Positions 1 to 8,716 of a stretch of 64,000 bases of DNA are shown here, piece by piece. The stretch covers positions 11,208-75,207 of the forward strand of contig CAXPJQ010000059.1 of the NCBI GenBank assembly GCA_964217375.1, written 5' to 3'. The translations under genes were made by a program, and so were the position numbers. The notes under the pieces were generated by a model. It saw nothing but the letters and a program-made list of their open reading frames with translations. It ran no database searches and was not told the origin of the DNA. How positions within the stretch are numbered: position 1 is the stretch's first letter; each line of letters starts with the position of its first letter. Source of the DNA: Bdellovibrionales bacterium (GTDB lineage Archaea > Nanobdellota > Nanobdellia > Woesearchaeales > UBA583).

Positions 1-147
1 GATTTGAAAGAAGAATTTGAAATTAAAGATAACAATAACAAAATTTTAATTTCAATAAATGATTTTGAAAGTGAAGCATTATATAAAGACATTTCAAAAG
101 ATTCAGAAATCAAAAAAGAAGGAACATCAGTTATAATAATTTCATAA
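1..147 (+). CDS. 3' end of a hypothetical protein (truncated by window edge)
   Basis: Frame 1 is open from position 1 (DLKEEFEIKD...GTSVIIIS) to TAA at 145-147, one base before the next ATG. Confidence 0.6.
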   Translation, partial: DLKEEFEIKDNNNKILISINDFESEALYKDISKDSEIKKEGTSVIIIS

Positions 148-148
148 A

Positions 149-2092
149 ATGGAAGAAATAAAAAATATTTTTGAATTAATTTATTCACTAAATAAAAAAT
201 CACCTCTTGAAGAAGAAATAAACATAGTTCATAAAATAAATAATGAAATAATTAATGATAAAAAACTAATTAAAAAGAAAAATACAATTTCTTTTTTTAT
301 AAATGAAATTAAACTTGAAAAAAATGAATCAATTATTATTAAAGATATCCCTGTAAATTTCATATCTTTTTTTGGAATAATTATTGGAGAAAATAGTAAA
401 TTAGTTTCATTTAAAAGAAAAAGTAATGAGACTATTTTTTTTTCAGATGAAGAAAATTTACAATATTTCTCAGATATTGAAGAGAAATCAATTAAAAAAG
501 TTAATCCTTTAATATTAAGAGATAAAAAAATTGAAAACATAGTTGAAAATCAAGACATTTCTGAAATTAAAAAATATTTAATTGAAGTTAGAAAATTAGA
601 TTTAAATAAAATTCATTTAGTTAACTCAAATAAGTTAGAATTATTTCTCCCAACAATTAAAAGAGAACATTTTAGAATTGCAAAAAAACTTAAAATTCCC
701 CTTAAGGAATTAATTAATAAAAATTTTATTAAAGTTAATATAAATTCAAAGAAAATACAAGAAATTAATATTTATGATACTCAAGAAATTAAAAATGTTT
801 TAAATCCAATTAAGGAAATAAAAGAAATAAGTAAAATTAAAACTCTAAATAACAATATTATTTTTAAAGATATTTCCAGAGAACTAATTATAAAAGTTAA
901 TATTGAAAGAATTAAAAGTAAAATTAAAAATATTGAAAATACAAATATTAACTTAGACGAATTCCAAGAATACTTGAAAGGAAAAGAAACACTTTTAATT
1001 GGTACAAAAAATAAAGAAAAATATATTCTCCCTATTTTTAAGAATAAAGAAATTAAAATATTTAGAAATCGAAAAGATTTTGAAAAAAATACTGGTGTTA
1101 TATATAAAGATGATAAAAATTTTTTAAATAGTGTTAAAGTTCAAAAAAATTCCAAAGAAGATTACTCCTTTTTAAATTATTATCTAAACCCAAAACTTAA
1201 TTTTTTAATAGAAAAAAACAATATTACAAATAATTTAACTAAATCTTATACAACAACTTTACTTAAATTAATATTAAAAGATTTAAATGAAAATCTTTTC
1301 TCAGATGAAGAGATAAATATTTCTCAAGTGTCAGAATTAATTAAACATATTAAAGCAGTTACAAAGTTCACAATAAATAAATCTATCTTATTTAACAAAA
1401 TTCCAACAACAATAAGAGCTCAAACTATTACTCAAAAATATTTAATTAGTAAAATTTCTAGTTTATATTTAAATATTGAAGATTATAAAAAAAATAAATC
1501 TAAAAAAAAATTACTTAGAGAATCTCTTAAAATTGCCCAAAAGATATCTGAATTTAAAAAAGAATTTAAAATTAAAGAAGATGATCTCTATTTTTATCAC
1601 CAATGTATTTTAATTTATCTTGAGGTCTTAAAAATATTTAAAGAAGAAACATCAACTCAAATCTCAGAATTACTTTTAAGTTATTTTAAAGAAAATAAAA
1701 TCAAAATATTCAAATCTAAAATTGATAAAAGTATTGAAACAATTATTGAAGACTTAATTTTAGCATCTAAACTCTCAAAAAATAAAAATATCATGCTTCA
1801 AATTAAAGAGAGTTCATATAATAAATTAATTTCTAAAAGAATAACTATTATGCCAACAACTTCTAAAATCACTAAAACTCAATATAGAGGAAATATCCCA
1901 AATTTAAGAAAAATCGCACCATATTCATATAAAAAAATATTAAAAAAAATAAATGGAAATTCCAAATTAGAATATATAAAAATTAATAATAAAGAAATCA
2001 AATTAAATAATACATTAATTAAGGAAACAAATTTTCATAATAATTTTAAAGAAATTAAATCAAATAAAATATTTTCAATATTTAAGAACTAA
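149..2092 (+). CDS. Degenerate isoleucyl-tRNA synthetase-like protein, probably catalytically inactive
   Basis: 647 aa. Colinear eroded echoes of IleRS segments (FLPTIKREHFRIAKKLKIP ~ HIAPxxGxEDYxxGKKYGLP; FQEYLKG...ILPIF ~ FxNWLExxxDWxISRxRxWGxPLPIW; QKYLISKISSL ~ DRWILSRLNSL; PNLRKIAP ~ PNFKxLGP). No HIGH or KMSKS motif. Confidence 0.5.
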   Translation: MEEIKNIFELIYSLNKKSPLEEEINIVHKINNEIINDKKLIKKKNTISFFINEIKLEKNESIIIKDIPVNFISFFGIIIGENSKLVSFKRKSNETIFFSDEENLQYFSDIEEKSIKKVNPLILRDKKIENIVENQDISEIKKYLIEVRKLDLNKIHLVNSNKLELFLPTIKREHFRIAKKLKIPLKELINKNFIKVNINSKKIQEINIYDTQEIKNVLNPIKEIKEISKIKTLNNNIIFKDISRELIIKVNIERIKSKIKNIENTNINLDEFQEYLKGKETLLIGTKNKEKYILPIFKNKEIKIFRNRKDFEKNTGVIYKDDKNFLNSVKVQKNSKEDYSFLNYYLNPKLNFLIEKNNITNNLTKSYTTTLLKLILKDLNENLFSDEEINISQVSELIKHIKAVTKFTINKSILFNKIPTTIRAQTITQKYLISKISSLYLNIEDYKKNKSKKKLLRESLKIAQKISEFKKEFKIKEDDLYFYHQCILIYLEVLKIFKEETSTQISELLLSYFKENKIKIFKSKIDKSIETIIEDLILASKLSKNKNIMLQIKESSYNKLISKRITIMPTTSKITKTQYRGNIPNLRKIAPYSYKKILKKINGNSKLEYIKINNKEIKLNNTLIKETNFHNNFKEIKSNKIFSIFKN

Positions 2093-2644
2093 AAACCCTG
2101 AATCTATTTCAATTAATTCACTTGAACTAAATAAATTCTCAACTTCTGAGATAAATTTTCTCATATATGAATGCGACAAAACATTATCACATACCAAAAT
2201 AGTTTCTTTTTTAATTAATTTTTTTTCAATTAATTCTTTAACTAGTTTTAAATAATCTTGATGTGCTGCATCCAAAAAGATGAAATCAAAATATGAATTT
2301 AATTTATTTTTATCCAACACTTCAAAAACATTTCCAAGTATTGGTTCAACTAAAAAATCAATCTCTGCATCTTTAAAATTAAGTTTTGCTTGATTTTGTC
2401 TCTCCTCATTTATTTCAATTGTTGTAATTTTAGATTCTAATTTTAAACCCAAACTCATAAATAAAGTTGAAAAACCATTTGAAGTCCCAATCTCTAAAAC
2501 TTTTTTTGGTTGATATAATTCTATTAATTCTTTTAAAATAATACCTAATCTCCAGGAAATATTCCAATTATTTGAGAATTGTTTTTGCTTTTGTAGTTTT
2601 TTAAGAATAAGTAAAACTTTTTCCTTATTTATTGAAGGAACCAT
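2075..2644 (-). CDS. Class I SAM-dependent O-methyltransferase (YrrM/COMT-like)
   Basis: VLEIGTSNGFS SAM motif, FDFIFLDA and CDNV motifs. Confidence 0.85.
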   Translation of the reverse strand: MVPSINKEKVLLILKKLQKQKQFSNNWNISWRLGIILKELIELYQPKKVLEIGTSNGFSTLFMSLGLKLESKITTIEINEERQNQAKLNFKDAEIDFLVEPILGNVFEVLDKNKLNSYFDFIFLDAAHQDYLKLVKELIEKKLIKKETILVCDNVLSHSYMRKFISEVENLFSSSELIEIDSGFLVLKY

Positions 2645-2670
2645 GTTTATCTAGATTTATATTAAGAAAA

Positions 2671-2775
2671 TTATCTATTATTTCTTAATTTTCTTTTTCT
2701 AGCTCTCATAATTTTTTTTTGCCATTTCCATCTCATTTGGCCTTTTTTCTTCCATCTTCTTGAACTTCTTTTCAT
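2671..2775 (-). CDS. rpl41e: Ribosomal protein eL41 (L41e/eS32), 34 aa; absent from the ORF track
   Basis: Hand translation MKRSSRRWKKKGQMRWKWQKKIMRARKRKLRNNR; MRWKW core typical of archaeal L41e; GAGGT Shine-Dalgarno-like sequence just upstream. Confidence 0.85.
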   Translation of the reverse strand: MKRSSRRWKKKGQMRWKWQKKIMRARKRKLRNNR

Positions 2776-2955
2776 TTTTAATAAACCTCATTAATTAAGA
2801 TATTAAACTCCTAAATTCTCACAAAACTTAAGAGCTCAATGATTAATGTCTACTAAAATCTAATTTAAATCTCTTTTTAAATCTTATGGAAACTAAGTAC
2901 TAACTCCTCAGAATTAATTACTAAAATATATAAAATAAAAATCCAAACAAAATAT

Positions 2956-3441
2956 ATGTTTAAAAGCAAAGTAGCTCAAATCCCTATTATTAAAATGACT
3001 TTAATTATTTTAGTTACTTCTATATTATTTATTTTTTTTCTTTTCCAATTCTTTAGTGCATCAACTATAATATTAAATGAAAAAGATTTAACTCAGCAAA
3101 TTATTTCAAATAAAATTATTCAAAAAAGTTGTACTTCTGAAAAATTTGGTATTATCAACCTAAATTCCTATGAAAAAAATCTTGAGGATTGTTTAAGTGA
3201 ATTTGATGATTCAAACATAATTAAAATTGAAATTGAAAAGATTGCAAAAGATTTCACCTCAACTCAAAATATAGTTTTAACAAATTATATTAATACTCAA
3301 GAAAATGAATTCTTAAAAGAAAAACAATTTTGTTCAATTTTATCTACTAAAAAATGTTTCAAAGAAATATATCCAATCTTAATAAAAACTGATTCTGAAG
3401 CATTATATCCTGCAAATTTAGAGTTGCAAATCATTTCTTAA
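2956..3441 (+). CDS. Hypothetical membrane-anchored protein with class III (pilin-like) signal peptide
   Basis: MFKSKVAQ followed by a hydrophobic stretch; Cys-containing soluble domain. Confidence 0.5.
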   Translation: MFKSKVAQIPIIKMTLIILVTSILFIFFLFQFFSASTIILNEKDLTQQIISNKIIQKSCTSEKFGIINLNSYEKNLEDCLSEFDDSNIIKIEIEKIAKDFTSTQNIVLTNYINTQENEFLKEKQFCSILSTKKCFKEIYPILIKTDSEALYPANLELQIIS

Positions 3442-3641
3442 AAGTAATTACAAAAAATTAGTACTATTAAATTATAATAGAAACATTTAAATACTATCAA
3501 TTAGGAAAAATTACTATTAAACAAAAGTTAAAAAAATTCGTGTTTTATAATACTCATCAAAGGGTATTATTGTTTAGTTAAAACAATACACGAACATTTA
3601 TAAATAACAAAAAGTTAAATAAATATATACATAAATAAAAA

Positions 3642-4442
3642 ATGATAGTTAAAGAAGAGTTTCTAAATATGCTTCGGCAATACTTCAGCCTAAATTTATA
3701 TGAAGTAAAAATCTGGACTGCTTTACTTTCAAGAAAAGTAGCAACTGCAGGAGAGCTAAGTGACCTAGCTGTTGTTCCTAGATCAAGAACATATGATGTT
3801 CTAGAATCACTTGAAAAAAAAGGATTTGTAATGGTTAAACTTGGAAAACCTATTAAATATATTGCTATTTCTCCAAAAGATGTAATTGATAGAGTTAAAA
3901 AAAGAGTTGCAGAAAAATCAGAAGAAAAACTTCAAAAATTAGAAGCACTAAGAGATTCTGAAGTTTTAAAAGATCTAGAACAATTACACGAACAAGGAAT
4001 TCAATTAGTTGAGCCATCCGATTTATCAGGTGCTCTAAAAGGTAGATATAACTTATATAACCACTTAGAAGCTATGGTAAAATCAGCTGAATCAGAAGTA
4101 ATTATTATGACAACATCAACTGGATTTTTAAGAAAAGTTGAAGCATTAAAAGGTATTTTTGAAGAGTTACAAGGTAGAGGAGTTTCAATTAAAATTGCTT
4201 GTCCTAAAACTGAAAAAACTAGTGAAATTAAAGAAGATCTTAAAGATGTTGCTGAAGTTAGATTCACAGATGAAATTGAAGCAAGATTCTGTATTATTGA
4301 TGGAGAAGAAGTTTTATTCATGACACTTCATGATAAAGATATATATCCTGCATATGATATTGGAGTTTGGGTAAATACACCTTTCTTCTCACAAGCACTT
4401 CAACAAATGTTTGAAATTTCTTGGAGAGAAATGGAAAAATAA
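3642..4442 (+). CDS. TrmB family transcriptional regulator
   Basis: N-terminal wHTH (LNLYEVKIWTALL...VPRSRTYDVLESLEKKGFV) plus PLD-like effector domain (ARFCIIDGEE). Confidence 0.9.
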   Translation: MIVKEEFLNMLRQYFSLNLYEVKIWTALLSRKVATAGELSDLAVVPRSRTYDVLESLEKKGFVMVKLGKPIKYIAISPKDVIDRVKKRVAEKSEEKLQKLEALRDSEVLKDLEQLHEQGIQLVEPSDLSGALKGRYNLYNHLEAMVKSAESEVIIMTTSTGFLRKVEALKGIFEELQGRGVSIKIACPKTEKTSEIKEDLKDVAEVRFTDEIEARFCIIDGEEVLFMTLHDKDIYPAYDIGVWVNTPFFSQALQQMFEISWREMEK

Positions 4443-4553
4443 TTTTTTCCAAACAAAACTAAAATTAAAAAATTTAACTTAAAAATTTTTAATAACTTTT
4501 TCTTTTTTAAAAACAAAATAAATAGAAATAAAATTTTAATATAAAAATAAGAA

Positions 4554-4970
4554 TTATTTTTTCTTAAGTTCTTGAAGTTCTTTATGCATTTGATTTGCAG
4601 CAATTTCATATTTTCTTAATTTAACATTAGTTTTAAGTAAAATATTTGAAACATCATTTAAAATTCCTGAAAACTCAGAAGTATCAAATTTTAAAGTATC
4701 AGGTTCAACAATTTCAACAGAAGTTGGAGTATAATCTGCAACAAAACCAAGTAATTTTGAAATATCATCAAATTTACATTCTAAATCTAAAAACCCAACA
4801 TATAACCCATTTTCTTCATTTAATTCAGGTTTATTTAAATCAATTTCAATTAATTTGAAATTTTCGTTCTCTTCTTCAAATCTACTTTTAAATTTTTCAA
4901 GAGCAACACTTACATTTTGTACAGGTTTACCTGCAATTTCAATAATAAATCTTGAAACTATCTTTGTCAT
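4554..4970 (-). CDS. Conserved archaeal hypothetical protein
   Basis: 138 aa ORF with IEIAGKP and DYTPTSVEIVEP motifs and a C-terminal coiled coil. Confidence 0.6.
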   Translation of the reverse strand: MTKIVSRFIIEIAGKPVQNVSVALEKFKSRFEEENENFKLIEIDLNKPELNEENGLYVGFLDLECKFDDISKLLGFVADYTPTSVEIVEPDTLKFDTSEFSGILNDVSNILLKTNVKLRKYEIAANQMHKELQELKKK

Positions 4971-5021
4971 AAATTAACTAAAGAAAAAGAAGTTTATAAA
5001 TATTAAGGTAAAATAAGAAGA

Positions 5022-5513
5022 TTAAAGATGTATTCTCTCTTGAATTTGTTCTTTAATAAAATCTGGTTTTTTAATATCTTTAATAATTAAAGAACTATCA
5101 TTATCTGAATCTAAATCATTTCCAGTATGAATTATTAAGTTTCCCACCCCACAAATCCTATCCCATAAATCTTTTTTAACTTCAATATCTGTAATTTGTT
5201 TATAGTTAATACTATGAGTTTCTTCTTTAAAAAAAGTAAACTTTTCTTCAATATGATGTGAATAAAACCTATATTCCCTAAAGTAAATGTTAAAAAAATC
5301 TCTTGAAACCTTCACAAAAGAAAAAAATAAAGTAAAAAAAACTAATGATAAAAATATACTTAAGTCATAAGAAAAATTAAAAAATAAATCTAATACCCAA
5401 TAAATTGAATATAAAAAAACTAAAAATGCAGAATTATAAAATGCATGTTTTAAAAATTTAGGTAGGATTGAATTTATTAAAGATGATTTTACCAATAAAA
5501 AATTTGAATCCAT
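5022..5513 (-). CDS. Membrane protein with bacterial PH (bPH_2) domain
   Basis: Two TM helices, then ITDIEVKKDLWDRICGVGNLIIHTG. Confidence 0.75.
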   Translation of the reverse strand: MDSNFLLVKSSLINSILPKFLKHAFYNSAFLVFLYSIYWVLDLFFNFSYDLSIFLSLVFFTLFFSFVKVSRDFFNIYFREYRFYSHHIEEKFTFFKEETHSINYKQITDIEVKKDLWDRICGVGNLIIHTGNDLDSDNDSSLIIKDIKKPDFIKEQIQERIHL

Positions 5514-5526
5514 TTTTATTTAAAAT

Positions 5527-6000
5527 TTATAAAGGTAAATTCTCTAAAAATGTTCCCATAACTAAATTTTCAATCATAGGTCTCACTAAATCAATATAAT
5601 ATGGAGCAAAACCAATTAAAGCTGAAACTAAAATTTTATGCCAAAACTTCTCAGAAAACCCTGACCCTGAAACTCCTTTAATTGCATGAGATGCAACCAT
5701 TTTAACCATCATAAAAATCGTAATAATTACTGAAATTACAATTGACCTTCCCATATCATCAATCATTAAAATCCCATTTAAAAAGTCTGGGAAAAAATCT
5801 TGTGCAACTAAAGTTGGAACATTTGATGCAACTAAAACTCCAATTACTGCAAAAAGTAATCCATGCCACATATCTCCAAGAAAATCTTTTCCTGAAGTCA
5901 TATTTTCATCTTCATATACAAAATATGCCTCTAATACTCCAACAATTAGTCCTACAATTATTGGAATTACTATTGTTAATGCTACTTCTTCTACTGCCAT
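5527..6000 (-). CDS. Hypothetical integral membrane protein (about 4 TM)
   Basis: Four hydrophobic segments; 3 nt downstream of scpA. Confidence 0.65.
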   Translation of the reverse strand: MAVEEVALTIVIPIIVGLIVGVLEAYFVYEDENMTSGKDFLGDMWHGLLFAVIGVLVASNVPTLVAQDFFPDFLNGILMIDDMGRSIVISVIITIFMMVKMVASHAIKGVSGSGFSEKFWHKILVSALIGFAPYYIDLVRPMIENLVMGTFLENLPL

Positions 6001-6003
6001 TTT

Positions 6004-6855
6004 TTAATTATCATCAATTTCATGTATTGTTATTTTTCCAAAATGTTTATCTTGTTTGACTTCAACTTTTGTTTGATTATGTAAATGAAGTAATGGAATA
6101 AATTTTTCCAATATATCCATTTTAGTTTCCAAATTTTGAGTTAAAGTATCAAATTCTACATGAGCTTTTTTTTGTGCAAACTCTTCTAAAATAAAACTAT
6201 GCAACTCTTCAATAATTTGTTTTAAATCCTTAGGTTTTTTTTCATATTCAGGACCTGTATATTTGATTTCAGAATTTTTAAGTAGGAAGTTTTTTCTTCT
6301 TCTATTACTTTGAATAAATGTTTTTTCCAAAGTTTTAATTAAATCAAAAATATTTACTTTCCTTTTTCTTGCAATTGGGTTTCTAACTTTTAGAGAATAC
6401 TTTTCTTTTTTTTTATTTTCTCCAATTAAATCCAATTCAGAATCAAAATCTTCCAGTAAATCTAGATCCATATCTGAATCTTGAGATTCAACTAAACCTA
6501 TTTTTTCTTCAATCCCTCTGATATCTCTCTCAACTAAATATTCTGCCTTTGTTTTTAATAAAAAAACAGCAATTGTTAAAAGTTTTCCTGAAATATCAAA
6601 ATCAATTGATTTTACTTTTTTTAATTCATTCAAATAAGTATGAGTTAAAACTCCCAGATCAACATCCCAAGGATTTAATCCTTCCCTATGAATTAAATTA
6701 TACAGAAAACCTCTCCAATCTAATTCATCTCTATTTGTTGCAACTGCATAAATTCTATCCTCTGGTCTTACATACTCTAAAATGGATTCCTCAGATTCTG
6801 AGTTATTTTCATTTCTAGAGTGTTCTAAAACCTCATTTGAAGAACTTGAATGCAT
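6004..6855 (-). CDS. scpA: Segregation/condensation protein A (kleisin)
   Basis: LNPWDVDL, SGKLLTIAVFLLKTKAEYL, FIPLLHL and QDKHFGKI motifs. Confidence 0.85.
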   Translation of the reverse strand: MHSSSSNEVLEHSRNENNSESEESILEYVRPEDRIYAVATNRDELDWRGFLYNLIHREGLNPWDVDLGVLTHTYLNELKKVKSIDFDISGKLLTIAVFLLKTKAEYLVERDIRGIEEKIGLVESQDSDMDLDLLEDFDSELDLIGENKKKEKYSLKVRNPIARKRKVNIFDLIKTLEKTFIQSNRRRKNFLLKNSEIKYTGPEYEKKPKDLKQIIEELHSFILEEFAQKKAHVEFDTLTQNLETKMDILEKFIPLLHLHNQTKVEVKQDKHFGKITIHEIDDN

Positions 6856-6945
6856 AGTTAAAATTCAAGATCTACCTTTTTAAATAAGTGTTATAACTCA
6901 GTTAGAAGACTTAAAACTTATATAAACAGATTATTATAAAAAGAT

Positions 6946-8154
6946 ATGAGAAAAATAATAATTCTATTTTTACTTATTTTATCAATACCAAATATATTTT
7001 CTTCATTCTATTTAGAGAGAGATGGTTGGTGTGTTGACATGCCAACCCCCTTTACTGTATACAATCAAACTCAATGGAATAATAGAGAAGAAATCGAAGA
7101 TGATGATGATTTAAATTTTTCAAAATTAAGTATTACTGTTACTGTTTATGACGGACCATTTAAAGATGAAGATAATATATATTTTGAAGAAGAATTTAAA
7201 AAAGTAGAATTACCTAGCTTTGAAATTAATTTTGATAGAGAAGGAATATTTCTTATTGAAATTTATGAAACAAATAATAAATCAAATGATTATGAAGAAG
7301 AAATTGATATCTTAGAATGTAGAAGAAATTATGTTGCTCCTGAAATTAAATATAATTATTCTCTTGAAATTAAAAATGAATTAGAAGTTACTTTAATTAA
7401 TACTTTAATTGAAGATTCAAATTCTATTTCTTTAAAAATTGAAGAAATGATGAATTTTGAAAATATTGAAGATATTAGTAAAATATTTACAATAAATAGT
7501 TCTGAAGAATTAAGTGGAAATTTAAGTTTTAAAATTAAATTAGATGACTCTAATTTAAATAACTCTTTAGTTAAATATAATAAAAATACAAAAAAGTTCG
7601 AAAATGTTGAAAATTTTATGATTAAAAATGAAAAAATTATTTTAAATAATACTCAATTTGGAACATATGGAATACTATCTAAAGAAATAATCACTGGAAT
7701 TGAAGAAGAAGAAGTCGTAGAAGAAAAATTATCTGAAGAAGAAATTGAAGCTCAAAAACAATTAGAAGAAGAAGAAAAACTTCTTCAACAGCAAAGAGAA
7801 GAAGAAATTAAAGCACAAAAAGAGGAAATTGAAGCAATTAGTGAGGATTTAGAGTTAGAATCAAATCCTCTTAAAGATTATTCTAAAGTTTTAATTATTG
7901 GTTCAATTATTGTTTTAGTTTTAATTTTTTCTCCAAAATTATTTAAATCAAAAACTGACAAGCAAGCATATCATGAAGAAAGAAATAAAAAAACAAAAAA
8001 TCAAATTACAACATATAAAGAAGCATATTACAAAACTAAAGAATATGTTCAAAAACATAAAACAAAATTTTCAAGAGATTCAATTCAAGCTGCACTTAAG
8101 AGTTCAAACATTCCTGATGAAATAATTCAAATTGTTTTTGATGAAGAATATTAA
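6946..8154 (+). CDS. Hypothetical cell-surface protein (signal peptide, acidic coiled stalk, C-terminal TM, cytoplasmic tail)
   Basis: N-terminal hydrophobic signal; E-rich helix; VLIIGSIIVLVLIF TM segment. Confidence 0.6.
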   Translation: MRKIIILFLLILSIPNIFSSFYLERDGWCVDMPTPFTVYNQTQWNNREEIEDDDDLNFSKLSITVTVYDGPFKDEDNIYFEEEFKKVELPSFEINFDREGIFLIEIYETNNKSNDYEEEIDILECRRNYVAPEIKYNYSLEIKNELEVTLINTLIEDSNSISLKIEEMMNFENIEDISKIFTINSSEELSGNLSFKIKLDDSNLNNSLVKYNKNTKKFENVENFMIKNEKIILNNTQFGTYGILSKEIITGIEEEEVVEEKLSEEEIEAQKQLEEEEKLLQQQREEEIKAQKEEIEAISEDLELESNPLKDYSKVLIIGSIIVLVLIFSPKLFKSKTDKQAYHEERNKKTKNQITTYKEAYYKTKEYVQKHKTKFSRDSIQAALKSSNIPDEIIQIVFDEEY

Positions 8155-8164
8155 ATTAATTATT

Positions 8165-8539
8165 TTATCTATTAAACAACAGTTCTCCTGAATGTAATGA
8201 GTAAAATAATCTATCAATTAATTCATCTTTCTTTCTTAATTTAACATCCAAAAGAGCAGTCTCATCGATAAAAGTATTTCTAGATAATGAAGTTATTGTC
8301 TCTTCTGATGCTCGAGATAATGAACAAGAAAAACTCCCACAATATTTAGTAGATGATATAGGAGAGTATAAAGAAAACCCCAATTGAATCATTTTTGGTA
8401 ATTTTTCAGGTATTGATTTAGCAAATAATACTTCTCTTGAGAATTCACTACATTCAAAGTTAAAAGTCCCAAAATCAGAAATATATCTCTCTGCAAAATA
8501 TTTAAAAGTATCAAAAAAAGGCATTACTCTTGAATTCAT
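8165..8539 (-). CDS. Hypothetical protein
   Basis: 124 aa ORF filling an intergenic gap; no recognisable motif. Confidence 0.45.
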   Translation of the reverse strand: MNSRVMPFFDTFKYFAERYISDFGTFNFECSEFSREVLFAKSIPEKLPKMIQLGFSLYSPISSTKYCGSFSCSLSRASEETITSLSRNTFIDETALLDVKLRKKDELIDRLFYSLHSGELLFNR

Positions 8540-8716
8540 AATAAAAGAAAAATAATTAATAAAAGTATCTAAAAATAAAGAAATAATCCCAATTAGTAAT
8601 CTGTGTATAAAAAGTACTTAGCATAGAAGAACTTAAGTATAAATAAGTAGAAAATTACCCATAACTTTCTCTTAAATATGTAACAAATTTAAAAAAATAA
8701 AAATATTTAAAATTAA

